DNA of 64,000 bases from positions 352,001-416,000 of the forward strand of contig JAEHCQ010000001.1 in NCBI GenBank assembly GCA_020696385.1, written 5' to 3'. This document shows, in pieces, positions 39,685 to 50,486 of this stretch. Source of the stretch: Methanobacteriota archaeon (lineage in GTDB: Archaea > Thermoplasmatota > Thermoplasmata > SG8-5 > JAGLSY01). The notes under the pieces were generated by a model. It saw nothing but the letters and a program-made list of their open reading frames with translations, searched no databases and had not been told where the DNA came from. The number at the start of each line of letters is the position of its first letter. Within the stretch, counting starts at the first letter, position 1. A program made the position numbers and the translations under genes.

Positions 39685-40458
39685 ATGCTATCCATGATCA
39701 ATGCCCTGATAATAGGATTCTTATGGGGCATACGTAGAGGTTCTAGCTCATGCCTGGCTCTGTGCATTCCATCCATTGTCCCAACTCTTGTAGAAGAGCG
39801 TGGGAACTGGAAGAGCGGTCTCAAGATCGCCCTCTGGTTCAATGCGCCCAGGATATTGTTGCTCTCACTTCTCGGAGCTGTTATTGGCGCTGGTGGTTAT
39901 ATCATCAGAGAAGGTGTAGAGGAATTCTCAGTTGGCTCTTCCATCTGGGCCATTGGCTATGGTGTTGTCGGATGCATAATGATCGTTTACGGAACCTTCA
40001 TATTCGCCACCATATCGGATAAGCTGGATGAGGGGGATTTTGAGGATGAGAAGGATGCAAGCACGGATCAGAATTCCTGTGTAGAGACCCCACATCCATT
40101 GATCTCCAAGTTCAACTTGATAACTCCAAAGAGCAGAACAGGCCTCTTTTTGTGGGGAGGCCTGGTAAGCATCGCCTGCATTGGAGAAACTGTACTGGCA
40201 ATCGAGACCATCTTCGCCGGTATCTTCATCACCGAGGGGGCGATCAGTCCAATTACCGGAGCGATGATCGGTGCTCTGGCCTTCTTCATATTCGCACTCG
40301 GCACAGCGACCCCTTCCATGTTGATAGCTTCTTTCAGTACCTCACTGGCAGACCGTGAAAAAAGGAAAAAGACACTTCTCCAGATAGAGAGATATTCCGG
40401 TATATTGATGATCGGCTTTGGGATGATACTGGTCGTCACAGCCTTGTTCGTTATCTGA
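39685..40458 (+). CDS. Polytopic membrane protein, DsbD_2/TauE-SafE-like
   Basis: CLALC in TM1, a second Cys in a later TM, FALGTA motif, about 6 TMs. Confidence 0.65.
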   Translation: MLSMINALIIGFLWGIRRGSSSCLALCIPSIVPTLVEERGNWKSGLKIALWFNAPRILLLSLLGAVIGAGGYIIREGVEEFSVGSSIWAIGYGVVGCIMIVYGTFIFATISDKLDEGDFEDEKDASTDQNSCVETPHPLISKFNLITPKSRTGLFLWGGLVSIACIGETVLAIETIFAGIFITEGAISPITGAMIGALAFFIFALGTATPSMLIASFSTSLADREKRKKTLLQIERYSGILMIGFGMILVVTALFVI

Positions 40459-40585
40459 TTCGATTCATTATGTGATATATGTTTGATATTCACTAACTAT
40501 TATTAGAGATTCAAATAGGTTGTTCAATAGATGAGGGAAAACCAATATCAATAATGATGCCTTGTGGGCTGTAAGGTGAGGTTAA

Positions 40586-42280
40586 ATGGACATTTACAAA
40601 GAGTATCCTAGACAATTTATCGATAAAGATGATTACATGGGCGATGTTGAAAAGATCAAGTCCGCATACAAGCTACTTGATGAAATGAAGGCAGAATCCA
40701 AAGATGAAGCATGGACATGGATGGAAGCATGGTCAGAAATTACATCGGCCATCGCTGAAGTTCAAGACAAGGCTTACTTCAACATGACGAGGGATGTGAA
40801 CGATGAAAAGATAGAGGCGGAATTCACCCGCCTTGTGCAGGAAGTTATTCCTGTCGCGGAGGAACTGGACGAGAAGGCGAAGCAGAAGTTCCTTTCCTTC
40901 CCAGAAGATTGGGTTCCCGGTGATTTCAATATCGCCCGTATGAACTCAAAATGGGATGTTGAATTATTCAAAGAAGAGAACTTGCCACTCATCAGCCAGG
41001 ACATGCTGATGAGAAAGGAATATCAGAAAATATCCGGGTCATGGGAGACCGAGTTCAATGGAGAGAAGAAGACACCGGCTCAATTGAGGCCATACCTAGA
41101 ATCTCCAGACCGCGAGCTCAGGGAAAAGGCTTGGAAAGCCGCTGTGGAAATGCATCAGGCAGATTATGATAAACTGAACGACCTCTTTGACAAGATGCTG
41201 CCCAACCGAAATGTCATCGCTAAGAATGCTGGAATGGCAGATTTCGTTGAATACAAATTCAAGGATTACCGAAGGCTGAGCTACAACAAGGATGATGTCA
41301 AGGCTTTCAGGGATGCTATTAAAAAATATGTGGTCCCTGCTGTTGACAAGATACTGGAAAGGAGGAAGCAGAAATTGGGATTGGATTCTTTCAGACCCTG
41401 GGATTCCCAGGCTGATCCAGATATGGCAGAGCCTCCAAAGATCTATGATGATATTGATGATCTGAAAGACAAGGTGGCGAAGGTCATGGGCTCAATAGAC
41501 CCGCAGTTCTCCGATGCCTTCAAGCTCATGGACAAGAAAGGATATCTAGATCTCGAGAACAGGCAAGGTAAAGCACCAGGTGCTTACATGATGACCTTCG
41601 AGGAAGAGAGGATATCCATTATATTCAGCAACTTCGTGGGTACCAGCCGGGACTTTGACACGCTCATCCATGAAGGTGGGCATGCGATGCATGGCTTCTT
41701 ATCCAGACACCTTCTGAAGCAGGCGAGGGATGTGCCATTGGAATTCGCAGAGGTGGCTTCCATGTCATTGGAACTTCTGGCCAGACCCTATATGGACATC
41801 ATCTACAATGAGGAGGACAGGGAAAGGATAGCTATCAAGCAATTGGAGAATATCCTGATCTTCCTGCCATTCATGGCCAGCCTGGACGAGTTCCAGACCT
41901 GGGTTTACAGTGATCCAGATGGAGCCAATGCTGAGAAAAGAGGAGCGAAATGGAGAGAACTTACAGCCAAATACAGACCTTCCATCGACTATTCAGGGCT
42001 GGAGGAACAAGACCAGTTGGGCTGGCAGTACCTGCATGTTTATGAAGTTCCACTGTACTACATCGAATACGGCATAGCGCAGATGGGAGCTCTTCAAGTA
42101 TATCTCCGATCACTGGATGATTTCGACGGAGCTGTCAAGGATTACAAACACGCGCTCAGCCTTGGAAGTACCGTAAGTCTGCCAGAACTGTTCGAGGCGG
42201 CAGGTGTGAAGTTCATCCTGAAGCATCCTGAGGTTCTTGAGGACATGACGAACAAGATCATGAAACAGATCGGGTTGTAA
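40586..42280 (+). CDS. M3 family oligoendopeptidase
   Basis: HEGGH, EFAEVASMSLE, PLYYIEY. Confidence 0.93.
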   Translation: MDIYKEYPRQFIDKDDYMGDVEKIKSAYKLLDEMKAESKDEAWTWMEAWSEITSAIAEVQDKAYFNMTRDVNDEKIEAEFTRLVQEVIPVAEELDEKAKQKFLSFPEDWVPGDFNIARMNSKWDVELFKEENLPLISQDMLMRKEYQKISGSWETEFNGEKKTPAQLRPYLESPDRELREKAWKAAVEMHQADYDKLNDLFDKMLPNRNVIAKNAGMADFVEYKFKDYRRLSYNKDDVKAFRDAIKKYVVPAVDKILERRKQKLGLDSFRPWDSQADPDMAEPPKIYDDIDDLKDKVAKVMGSIDPQFSDAFKLMDKKGYLDLENRQGKAPGAYMMTFEEERISIIFSNFVGTSRDFDTLIHEGGHAMHGFLSRHLLKQARDVPLEFAEVASMSLELLARPYMDIIYNEEDRERIAIKQLENILIFLPFMASLDEFQTWVYSDPDGANAEKRGAKWRELTAKYRPSIDYSGLEEQDQLGWQYLHVYEVPLYYIEYGIAQMGALQVYLRSLDDFDGAVKDYKHALSLGSTVSLPELFEAAGVKFILKHPEVLEDMTNKIMKQIGL

Positions 42281-42298
42281 TAATAGATAGAAATAATC

Positions 42299-42329
42299 GG
42301 CCGGCCAGTATATGTGGTCGGCCTTTTTT
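42299..42329 (+). terminator. Hairpin plus oligo-U terminator
   Basis: GGCCGGCCA/TGGTCGGCC stem followed by T6. Confidence 0.7.
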
Positions 42330-42356
42330 ATTGTTGATTTAACAGGCGATACCTTT

Positions 42357-42403
42357 ATATCGAATACCGATATGTCGAACATCGATATGTCGAAATCCGA
42401 TAT
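42357..42403. promoter_or_regulatory. Three tandem palindromic operators with 15-bp period over the padR promoter and start
   Basis: AT(A/G)TCG-N5-CGATAT at 42357, 42372 and 42387; TATA CTTTATAT at 42353-42360. Confidence 0.75.
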
Positions 42404-42719
42404 ACTTACCAAAGAGATTGCCAGGGACTTCCGCAAAGGTCTTCTAAAGTTCTTCATATTGAAGATGCTTGACAGAGAGGACATGCATGGATATGCGATG
42501 ATGAGTAGAATAGAAGAGCTAAGCGGTTGGAGACCCAGCTCTGGTTCATTGCATCCGGCACTTGTGAAGCTAAAAGCAGCGGGTATGATAAGTGTTAAGA
42601 CCTGTGGTATGAAAAAGGTCTTTTCCATTACAAAAAAAGGAAAGGATAATATCAAACAACTGGATGAGAATTTCGACGACGGATTGAATGCTATTCGAGA
42701 TATATTCAAGAACCTTTGA
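42387..42719 (+). CDS. PadR family transcriptional regulator
   Basis: RKGLLKFFIL...MHGY...PSSGSLHPAL...FSITKKG; probable leaderless ATG at 42387. Confidence 0.9.
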   Translation: MSKSDILTKEIARDFRKGLLKFFILKMLDREDMHGYAMMSRIEELSGWRPSSGSLHPALVKLKAAGMISVKTCGMKKVFSITKKGKDNIKQLDENFDDGLNAIRDIFKNL

Positions 42720-42729
42720 GGTGAAGTAA

Positions 42730-43509
42730 ATGAGTGAAAATAATATAATGGTGCAGGCGAAGAACATACACAAGACCTACAAGACTGGTAGTGTCGAGGT
42801 CAAGGCCCTACGGGGTGTGGATTTCACGGTCAAGAAAGGAGACATGATCGCAATAATGGGGCCATCGGGATGTGGGAAGACCACGATGCTGAATTGCCTT
42901 TCAGGTCTGGATGATGTCAGCAATGGAGTGGTGGAGATCGAAGGTACAGATCTTGCATCCATGACCGATAATAACAAGACCGAACACAGAGCTGAGAGAA
43001 TGGGATTCATTTTCCAGTTCTACAACCTCCTTCCAGTTCTGTCAGCAGTGGAAAATGTGGAGATGCCGCTTTTGGTATCTGGCACACCTGCCAAAGAGGC
43101 TAGAGAAGCAGCCATCGAGATAATGAAGACCGTGGGATTGGAAAAGGTCATGAACAGCCGCCCTGGAGCATTGAGTGGTGGAGAGAGACAGAGGACCACC
43201 ATCGCCCGTGCCCTTATCGCCAAACCGGCCATCATATGGGGTGATGAATTGACCGGTGATCTGGATGACGAGACCGCAAACGGTATCATGGATCTTGTAG
43301 CCAAACTCAGGGATGAGACACAGGCCACTTTCGTCATAGTCACTCACAATCTTGAAATAGGCCGCAGGGCGGATAAGATCCTTTACATGAGAAGCGGAAA
43401 ATTCGTTGCAACCGAGATACCTGGCCAGGGCAAGATTCCCATTGAACATAAGGAAGCGGAAAAAGCCCTTGCTGAGGTAGGTGTAGAGGTAGAGGAAATA
43501 AAAGAATGA
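42730..43509 (+). CDS. ABC transporter ATP-binding protein (LolD type)
   Basis: GPSGCGKT, LSGGERQ, GDELTGDLD. Confidence 0.95.
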   Translation: MSENNIMVQAKNIHKTYKTGSVEVKALRGVDFTVKKGDMIAIMGPSGCGKTTMLNCLSGLDDVSNGVVEIEGTDLASMTDNNKTEHRAERMGFIFQFYNLLPVLSAVENVEMPLLVSGTPAKEAREAAIEIMKTVGLEKVMNSRPGALSGGERQRTTIARALIAKPAIIWGDELTGDLDDETANGIMDLVAKLRDETQATFVIVTHNLEIGRRADKILYMRSGKFVATEIPGQGKIPIEHKEAEKALAEVGVEVEEIKE

Positions 43510-43522
43510 AAAAGGTGAGAAT

Positions 43523-46500
43523 ATGGAAACCTCAGAATTATATTTACCTGCCATTGTCCTGGGCCTCATCATTCTGATGCTGGCCATGGGAATCCACAGG
43601 CGGGTGATTGCGAAACTGGGTCTCAGGAACTTCCTGAGGCACAAAGGGCATACGGCCATATCAGTGGCTGGATTGCTCATAGGAACCTCGATCATCTGTG
43701 CATCGATGGTGGTAGGGGATTCGATCGAATATTTCATAGTTGAAGAAACATACGAACAATTACAGTTCGTGGATATTAGCATAGAAGCAGATAATGGTGG
43801 AGCCTTCGATGAGGCGATCTTCACCGAGCTGAACACAGACACCGCACTGGGTGATCTTACTGATGGTATGGCGCCCATGATGGTGCAAAGTGTGAGTGTT
43901 CGTCAACAAGGCAGTGGGTTGTTCGAACCTTCAGCCAATCTAATCGGATTTGATGCCATTCAGGATGAAGAATTCGGACTGTTCACTCTTTCCAATGGGG
44001 ATGAGTCAAATGGCGCGGTATCTGGTAACAATACGATGATCAACCGTGCATTGGCCGAGAGCCTGGACGCGAATATTGGAGATACCATCGATCTGACCTA
44101 TACGATTGGTAGTAGTTACACAGGTCTTGGAAATATTGAAAGCCGGACATTGACCATCACCTACATCGCTGAGGATGAGGGGAAGGCAAAATTGAATCCA
44201 GGCCCAGGTATGGGTATGGACACATACAATGTCTATGTAGATATGGACACGGCCCAGGAGATGTTCCAATCCCCTGGAATGATCACTCATATCAAGGTCT
44301 CCAATATTGGAGGCGTACAGAGTGGAGTGGATGGTAGTGACGAGGTCATTGAGGCCATCGAACCTCTGCTGGAAGACCTTACTTTCTCAGTACAGGGCGA
44401 GATGATATTCCCGATTCCGATGAACGGGATGAACTTCTCCATGCTGTCGAGCACAGATATTGTATCAGATTCTCTTGTTCTGATGTCCAATGGCACTGTC
44501 ATTCCTTCCCAGACCTACATGCTGGATGATGAATCAGGAACCATAACCTACCTGATGCCTCCACCAATGATGCCTATCTTTGCAGAATACGAATTCAATT
44601 ATATTCTGGAAGCAGAAGCCGTGAAGCAGGATAGTCTGCAAATGGCACAGGACATCAATGAATTACTCTCCACATTCCTAACGATATTCGGTTCCTTCGC
44701 CATACTGGCTGGTGTCATTCTCATCATTAACATATTCACCATGTTGGCCGAAGAGAGAAAGTCAGAATTGGGAATGGCCAGAGCCGTGGGTATGAAAAGG
44801 AGACATCTCATGCAATCCTTCCTCTTTGAGGGATTGGCATATGGTTCAGTGGCCAGCGCCATGGGTACTATTGTAGGTGTGGTGATCGGATGGTTCCTCA
44901 TTTACATGATCAATAATATAGCCAATATCATGGCCGGGGTGGTAATTCCATTCCACTTCGAGAACTTCAGTCTGATACAGGCCTTCTCTACAGGGTTCAT
45001 CATAACCTTTGGAACCATTCTACTGACTTCCTGGAAGATAAGTAAATTGAACATCATAAGAGCCATAAGGGGAATTGAAGAGCCAGTCAATGACAGAAAG
45101 GACTGGAAGATCCCGCTCATAGGCATATTGATGGTCATCATATCCGCAGTCATGATGCTCCAGCTATGGGAAGACGAGTTCATGGTCAAGATGCTTGCGC
45201 CTTCAGGTCTAATAGTTGGTATGGCACTCCTACTTTGGAGATGGATCGGAGATAGGATCACAGTAACATCTGCAAGTCTGGGCGTGTTCCTTTACACGTA
45301 TTTTTCCATCAAAACCTATTTCGGAGACGTCAATGAAAATATGGAAATGCCCTTTATTCTCTCAGGTGTGCTGATAGTGCTGAGCCTTGTACTTCTCATC
45401 ATGTACAATTCCAAGCCAGTCATCATGCTCATAGTGAATAGTATTGGACGAGCGAAGAAGTTCAGACCGACCGTCATGACAGCTGTTTCCTACCCTCTGA
45501 GCAAGAAGTTCAGAACAGGAATGAGCGTGGCCATGTTCGCCCTCGTGGTTTACATGATCGTCATGCTTTCAGTGTTCTCCAATATCTTCGTGATGGATCT
45601 AGATGAAGAGACTTTGAAGGAAGGTGGTGGCTATCAAATAATAGCCAATGTCCAGAATCCTGTGATAGACATTTACAATGCAACGGATCCAATCGACAAT
45701 TCCATGATCACCTCCAATATCTTCAATAAAGCCACGATCGCGCAGATTTCTCAAGCCTATGCGGCTGAGATCAATGTAACGGATGCTGTGGAGCAAGAGC
45801 AAGGAGGGATGGCCTTTGGATTCGGTATGTTCAGTGGAGCCATTATCTACGGTATTGATGACGTGTTCTATGAAGGACGATCCTTCGAGTTCACCCAGAC
45901 CATGCCGGGATACGAGGATTATGACACTCTCTGGAATGCGATCACCGAGCCAGGCTCCAAATTCGTCGTCTACAATAGCATGATGGCCATGATGAACCAG
46001 GTCTCTGTGGGCAATCACCTGACCTTCACCACCTTCACCGGCGAAGTGACCGAGGAATACCAGGTAATTGGGATCATGGACCAGAGCACGATGAACGGTG
46101 CCTTCATGTCCCGTGAGAACGTCATAGCCGAATTCGGCTTCATGGGTATGGCCAATTCCATGTTCCTTGTAGATGTTGATGATGGTGAGGATATTCAGGC
46201 TACGGCTGATGCCCTTGAGAAGGATTTCGCCGCCCTGGGAATGAACTCCATCATTGTAGAGGACATGGTCGAATCATCCCTGGAGATGATGAACTCCATG
46301 TTCGTTCTCTTCGAGCTTTACCTGTACATGGGTATGGTCGTGGGGGTTGCCGGCCTTGGTATAATCACCATAAGATCAGTGGTCGAACGAACTGCCGAGA
46401 TAGGTATCCTGAGGTCCATTGGCTTCAAGAAAAGCAATGTGAGGAATGCCTTCCTCATCGAGATATTGTTCATTGCCACAATGGGGGTTCTGATAGGAAC

Positions 46501-46702
46501 TCTAGCTGGCATAATGATCTCTTACGAGATATTCAATGTCATGATGAGCGATATGGGTGGAGACATTGAGTATGTCATACCGTGGGCCAAGATAGCATTG
46601 GTGACAGTTATCGCATACATTGCCACCATACTGTGCACGATAATACCTGCGAGCAATGCCTCTAAAACATCGCCTTCAGAGGCGCTCAGATATGTTGGTT
46701 GA
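43523..46702 (+). CDS. Large duplicated FtsX-family ABC permease
   Basis: Two FtsX motifs (ERKSELGMARAVG; ERTAEIGILRSIG) and two large extracytoplasmic domains. Confidence 0.92.
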   Translation: METSELYLPAIVLGLIILMLAMGIHRRVIAKLGLRNFLRHKGHTAISVAGLLIGTSIICASMVVGDSIEYFIVEETYEQLQFVDISIEADNGGAFDEAIFTELNTDTALGDLTDGMAPMMVQSVSVRQQGSGLFEPSANLIGFDAIQDEEFGLFTLSNGDESNGAVSGNNTMINRALAESLDANIGDTIDLTYTIGSSYTGLGNIESRTLTITYIAEDEGKAKLNPGPGMGMDTYNVYVDMDTAQEMFQSPGMITHIKVSNIGGVQSGVDGSDEVIEAIEPLLEDLTFSVQGEMIFPIPMNGMNFSMLSSTDIVSDSLVLMSNGTVIPSQTYMLDDESGTITYLMPPPMMPIFAEYEFNYILEAEAVKQDSLQMAQDINELLSTFLTIFGSFAILAGVILIINIFTMLAEERKSELGMARAVGMKRRHLMQSFLFEGLAYGSVASAMGTIVGVVIGWFLIYMINNIANIMAGVVIPFHFENFSLIQAFSTGFIITFGTILLTSWKISKLNIIRAIRGIEEPVNDRKDWKIPLIGILMVIISAVMMLQLWEDEFMVKMLAPSGLIVGMALLLWRWIGDRITVTSASLGVFLYTYFSIKTYFGDVNENMEMPFILSGVLIVLSLVLLIMYNSKPVIMLIVNSIGRAKKFRPTVMTAVSYPLSKKFRTGMSVAMFALVVYMIVMLSVFSNIFVMDLDEETLKEGGGYQIIANVQNPVIDIYNATDPIDNSMITSNIFNKATIAQISQAYAAEINVTDAVEQEQGGMAFGFGMFSGAIIYGIDDVFYEGRSFEFTQTMPGYEDYDTLWNAITEPGSKFVVYNSMMAMMNQVSVGNHLTFTTFTGEVTEEYQVIGIMDQSTMNGAFMSRENVIAEFGFMGMANSMFLVDVDDGEDIQATADALEKDFAALGMNSIIVEDMVESSLEMMNSMFVLFELYLYMGMVVGVAGLGIITIRSVVERTAEIGILRSIGFKKSNVRNAFLIEILFIATMGVLIGTLAGIMISYEIFNVMMSDMGGDIEYVIPWAKIALVTVIAYIATILCTIIPASNASKTSPSEALRYVG

Positions 46703-46728
46703 TCTACATATCTGACCCGTCTCTAAAA

Positions 46729-46774
46729 TAAGGACTCCTGTTTCAAAATGGGAGTCCTTAACTTTTAACTTTTT
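46729..46774 (+). terminator. Hairpin plus U-rich terminator
   Basis: TAAGGACTCC/GGAGTCCTTA 10-bp stem followed by T runs. Confidence 0.7.
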
Positions 46775-46829
46775 TCATTCAATAAATTCAATAGAATTAA
46801 ATATTCAGAAAATCATTTAGTTAATTGAT

Positions 46830-47219
46830 ATGATGGAAGAGAATATTGTAAAGGATATCGATGAAAATGCATTCAATGACCTGATCCAGAGCAATAGAAA
46901 ACTCCTGGTGGTAGAGTTCTACACCAGGACATGCCCGGTATGCAAAAGCATGGAGCCCATATTTCAGAATGTGGCCAGAGAGATGAAGGATGAAGCGACA
47001 TTCATCAAAATAGATGCCTCTAAGAATCAATCACTGGCTGCTTTTTATGGTATCATGGGAGTTCCTACCTTCAAATTTTTCTGTGGCAAGGAGATCATGA
47101 GGGAATTCCAGGGTGAGATGAACCACACGATCTTGAAGAACACGATAAAGGATCTAATAAAGCACATGAGCCAATGCAAGACCAGGTCAAAGGTGTTTGA
47201 AATTGATGGCTATGGCTGA
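46830..47219 (+). CDS. Thioredoxin family protein
   Basis: VVEFYTRTCPVC, GVPTF. Confidence 0.9.
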   Translation: MMEENIVKDIDENAFNDLIQSNRKLLVVEFYTRTCPVCKSMEPIFQNVAREMKDEATFIKIDASKNQSLAAFYGIMGVPTFKFFCGKEIMREFQGEMNHTILKNTIKDLIKHMSQCKTRSKVFEIDGYG

Positions 47220-47297
47220 TTGCCCAATGCATAATGGAATAATAAGTAAGATTATATATCCAAAGTGCAATTATGGACACAGTAAGGATGATGAGAA

Positions 47298-48557
47298 ATG
47301 CCCAGTGAATTAACTACAAAAATAAATGACATCATGCAGCGAGAAATGCATGATATGGGGCCCTTTATTGTGAAGAAGCAATGCCTCATAATCGGCACAG
47401 ATCCAGATAATATAGAGGCCAGGGATCTACCGAGTCTAGCCAGCAAGCTTTCTGAGGTTATGAGAACCTTTGGAGGTTATGAGAAGGCGAGGAAGATCTA
47501 CAAGGAGATCAAGGCTCTTGGGGATATGGAGCAGATTGTTGAGGATGAGGCTAGTGAAGAGAACAAGATCCGTATGAGAGAGGATCTTGGAAAGGCCAGC
47601 CTTTTTGCTGGTGAGTGGGATAAGGCCTTCCAATATTTTGATGAGCTTTTGAAGGACGCACAGGGAAGGAAAGACAAGAACGAGACAGCCAGATACCTCA
47701 GATTACTAGGCTTCATCCATCAGGAAAGAGCGGAATTCGAGCAGGCATTGGAGTTCTATGCTCAATCCCTTGAGTTCGTTAAGGAGACCAATGACAAAGC
47801 TGAGATGGCAAATTGTCACAATGCCATAGGCACTGCTCAATGGAATATGGGTCTCTACACCAAGGCTATCAAATCCTACGAGGAAGGAGCATACCTTGCC
47901 AGAGTGTCAGATAATCATGATGGTCAGGGAATTGCCAATATCGGACTCGGTAATGTACACTCCGATATGGGCGAACTCCAGGATGCACTGGATCATTATG
48001 CCGAGGCTCTGGATAATCTAAAGGACACTGAGAATTATCAACAAATATCTAGAGCATACAATAATCTTGGTGACACCTATCTTCTGAAAAAGGATTGGGA
48101 TAAAGCTCTTATCAACTTAGAAAAGAGCGTGGAATTCGCTAATAAGGGCGGATGGTTCAATATGAAAGCATGGGCCGAGGCGAACATGGCCATTGCTTTG
48201 GTCAATAAGCTTGACTTTGATAAAGCGGAGAAAATGCTGGGATCCAGTCTGTCATTCCTGGAAGAGATCGGGGACAGGGCTGGCATAGGAGGAGCCTATC
48301 AGGCCTACGGCATGTTGTATTCCAAGAAAGATAATTGGGACATGGCCGCTCTCAGCTATCAGAAAGCTGTTGACATTTACACAGAGATCAATACACCTTC
48401 TTACCTCGCCCAGTGCAGGTATGAAATGGGAATGTCCTATAAGAAAAAAGGCAATCTGAGCAAAGCGAATGAAGAGTTTAGACGAGCCGCCAATCTCTAT
48501 ACCCATCTGAAAATGGATGAGTTTGTGAAGAAGGCACTGGGCGAGATATCTGACTAA
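47298..48557 (+). CDS. TPR repeat protein with an N-terminal helical domain
   Basis: About 8 long TPR units (AYNNLG-type) after a roughly 75-aa domain. Confidence 0.85.
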   Translation: MPSELTTKINDIMQREMHDMGPFIVKKQCLIIGTDPDNIEARDLPSLASKLSEVMRTFGGYEKARKIYKEIKALGDMEQIVEDEASEENKIRMREDLGKASLFAGEWDKAFQYFDELLKDAQGRKDKNETARYLRLLGFIHQERAEFEQALEFYAQSLEFVKETNDKAEMANCHNAIGTAQWNMGLYTKAIKSYEEGAYLARVSDNHDGQGIANIGLGNVHSDMGELQDALDHYAEALDNLKDTENYQQISRAYNNLGDTYLLKKDWDKALINLEKSVEFANKGGWFNMKAWAEANMAIALVNKLDFDKAEKMLGSSLSFLEEIGDRAGIGGAYQAYGMLYSKKDNWDMAALSYQKAVDIYTEINTPSYLAQCRYEMGMSYKKKGNLSKANEEFRRAANLYTHLKMDEFVKKALGEISD

Positions 48558-48661
48558 TGATGATCTATCAGATCCTCTGATTTATAATAATAGATAAGGA
48601 TTTCAATATCTAAGAAGTCCTCATTCATCAATTAGCATTGGCAGAGATTGACATTACCAAA

Positions 48662-49606
48662 TCAATCTCTGACACCTTTTACATCTATCGTGACAACTGC
48701 TTCGCCCTCTGGGAGATTCGGAGAATCTATGAGCCTGGCTATACGTTTTCCACCCTTGCTCTTTCTAAGATATAACCTGAAGGTCGCCGTGTGCCCGACT
48801 ATGTGTCCGCCAATAGGCCTTGTTGGATCCCCAAAGAAAGCATCAGGTTTGGAAGAGACCTGATTGGTGACTATGATGGCAGCGTTGTTAAGGTCTCCAA
48901 ACCTTAACAAATCATGCATGTGCTTGTTCAGCTTTTGCTGTCTATCTGCCAAAGCTCCTCTGCCAATATACTCGGCTCTGAAATGTGATGTTAGAGAATC
49001 AACTATCAAAAGGCGGACATTGAGATCCTCGGCAGTTTCTTTTGCCTTATCTGCCAATAGCATCTGGTGATGGGAATTGAAGGCCCTTGCTACATGGATG
49101 CGCTTCAATACTTTTGTCGGATCCAGGTCCAGTGCCTCAGCCATCTGGGTTATCCTCTCTGGTCTGAAAGTGTTCTCCGTGTCTATGATGATCACGTCAC
49201 CATCCAGCCCCCCTTCTTCCACAGGCAATTGCACCGTGACCGCACATTGATGCGCTATCTGAGTCTTACCCGAACCAAACTCCCCGAACATTTCCGTGAT
49301 GGCCTGGGTCTCGATACCTCCGCCCATCAAGCTGTCGAAAGCTTTTGACATGGTCGTAAGCTTTCCAATGTTCTGCCTTCTTTCCATGACCACGTCCCCG
49401 GTCTCGAAATTACCAAGATCCGCGGCTTTCTTTGCTGCGGCGATGACCTTGACGGCAACGGCATCCCCGATATCTGCTAGATCGGAAAGATTCTTGGGAG
49501 ATTCAACTGCTATGGCCAATAATGTTGTGTATCCAGCTTCTCTTAGTTTCTCGGCAGTTGCGGGCCCCACTCCGGGCAGGTCTTCTATCTGTATCTCGTC
49601 AGTCAT
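48662..49606 (-). CDS. radA: DNA repair and recombination protein RadA
   Basis: N-terminal HhH, FETG polymerisation motif, [15 protein letters not shown]. Confidence 0.98.
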   Translation of the reverse strand: MTDEIQIEDLPGVGPATAEKLREAGYTTLLAIAVESPKNLSDLADIGDAVAVKVIAAAKKAADLGNFETGDVVMERRQNIGKLTTMSKAFDSLMGGGIETQAITEMFGEFGSGKTQIAHQCAVTVQLPVEEGGLDGDVIIIDTENTFRPERITQMAEALDLDPTKVLKRIHVARAFNSHHQMLLADKAKETAEDLNVRLLIVDSLTSHFRAEYIGRGALADRQQKLNKHMHDLLRFGDLNNAAIIVTNQVSSKPDAFFGDPTRPIGGHIVGHTATFRLYLRKSKGGKRIARLIDSPNLPEGEAVVTIDVKGVRD

Positions 49607-49686
49607 GGTCTATCACCATAGGTACATTCCCTGGTTCATTTATAAGGCTTAGGTGGGGTAGGGCGAAAGTATTAATTTTCATAAGA

Positions 49687-50475
49687 TTAATCCATAATTT
49701 CCTTGGGAGCTCCACCCAACTTGACCAATGCTTCAGCTTCCATAAAATGCATCTTTCCAGGCACGACAATAGAATGCATGGGACCGCCAAAGTCCTCGCC
49801 CCGCAGTTCAGCCAGTGTGCCCGCCCTCACAAGGACATCCTTGCTTCCAGCCCTCGCGACAACACATACGATACGGTCGGGTGTGAATATCTCTTTATTG
49901 CTATCTTTCTCCACCTCTATGAGCATCTCGAAAGCATGAGTGGCCGTCATGTACCTTGGCACGTCAGCCTGTATGTCCAGAAGAATAAGTGAATGCAGTC
50001 CCATCTCTAGATTATCAGCCACCGCGTCATAGAAGCTGGCTGGCTTGTAGTTCTCTTCCCAGAAAGGGATGGTTGTGATCTTGCCGAATTTGTAATTCTG
50101 AAGCCCGAGGAATCCAGGTACGGCATTGAGAGCCGAAACTCCGGGTATGATGGATGTCTCGATGCCTATATCCCTGGCACGCAGGGTGATGTCCACGTGG
50201 GTGGTGGCGGACATCGCATCCCCGGGAACAAGAAAGGCCACTCTGGACTTTCTGGCGGCTTCCAGGATGATGCCGCCATCCTCGACCGCCTTTCGATCCA
50301 GAAAGTTGATCTCCTTGCCATATAGCTCTTCAAGCTTCTCATGGCCAGTGCCTGTGAGTACCGCGGTGTACTCCTCCATAAAAAGCTGATCACAGCTTTC
50401 AATGGCCTCCAAACCTGCCAGTGTGACTCCCTTCTCGTCATGAAGTCCCAAACCGATAAATATCAAATGACTCAT
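49687..50475 (-). CDS. dph5: Diphthine synthase
   Basis: FIGLGL, GDAMSATTH, GLQNYKFG, HSLILLDI. Confidence 0.95.
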   Translation of the reverse strand: MSHLIFIGLGLHDEKGVTLAGLEAIESCDQLFMEEYTAVLTGTGHEKLEELYGKEINFLDRKAVEDGGIILEAARKSRVAFLVPGDAMSATTHVDITLRARDIGIETSIIPGVSALNAVPGFLGLQNYKFGKITTIPFWEENYKPASFYDAVADNLEMGLHSLILLDIQADVPRYMTATHAFEMLIEVEKDSNKEIFTPDRIVCVVARAGSKDVLVRAGTLAELRGEDFGGPMHSIVVPGKMHFMEAEALVKLGGAPKEIMD

Positions 50476-50486
50476 GTCAAACACCA

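Noticed and set aside
48557-48580. Second box C/D sRNA (ATGATGA...CTGA)
   Set aside because: Only one C/D pair 13 nt apart, with no C'/D partner or terminal stem
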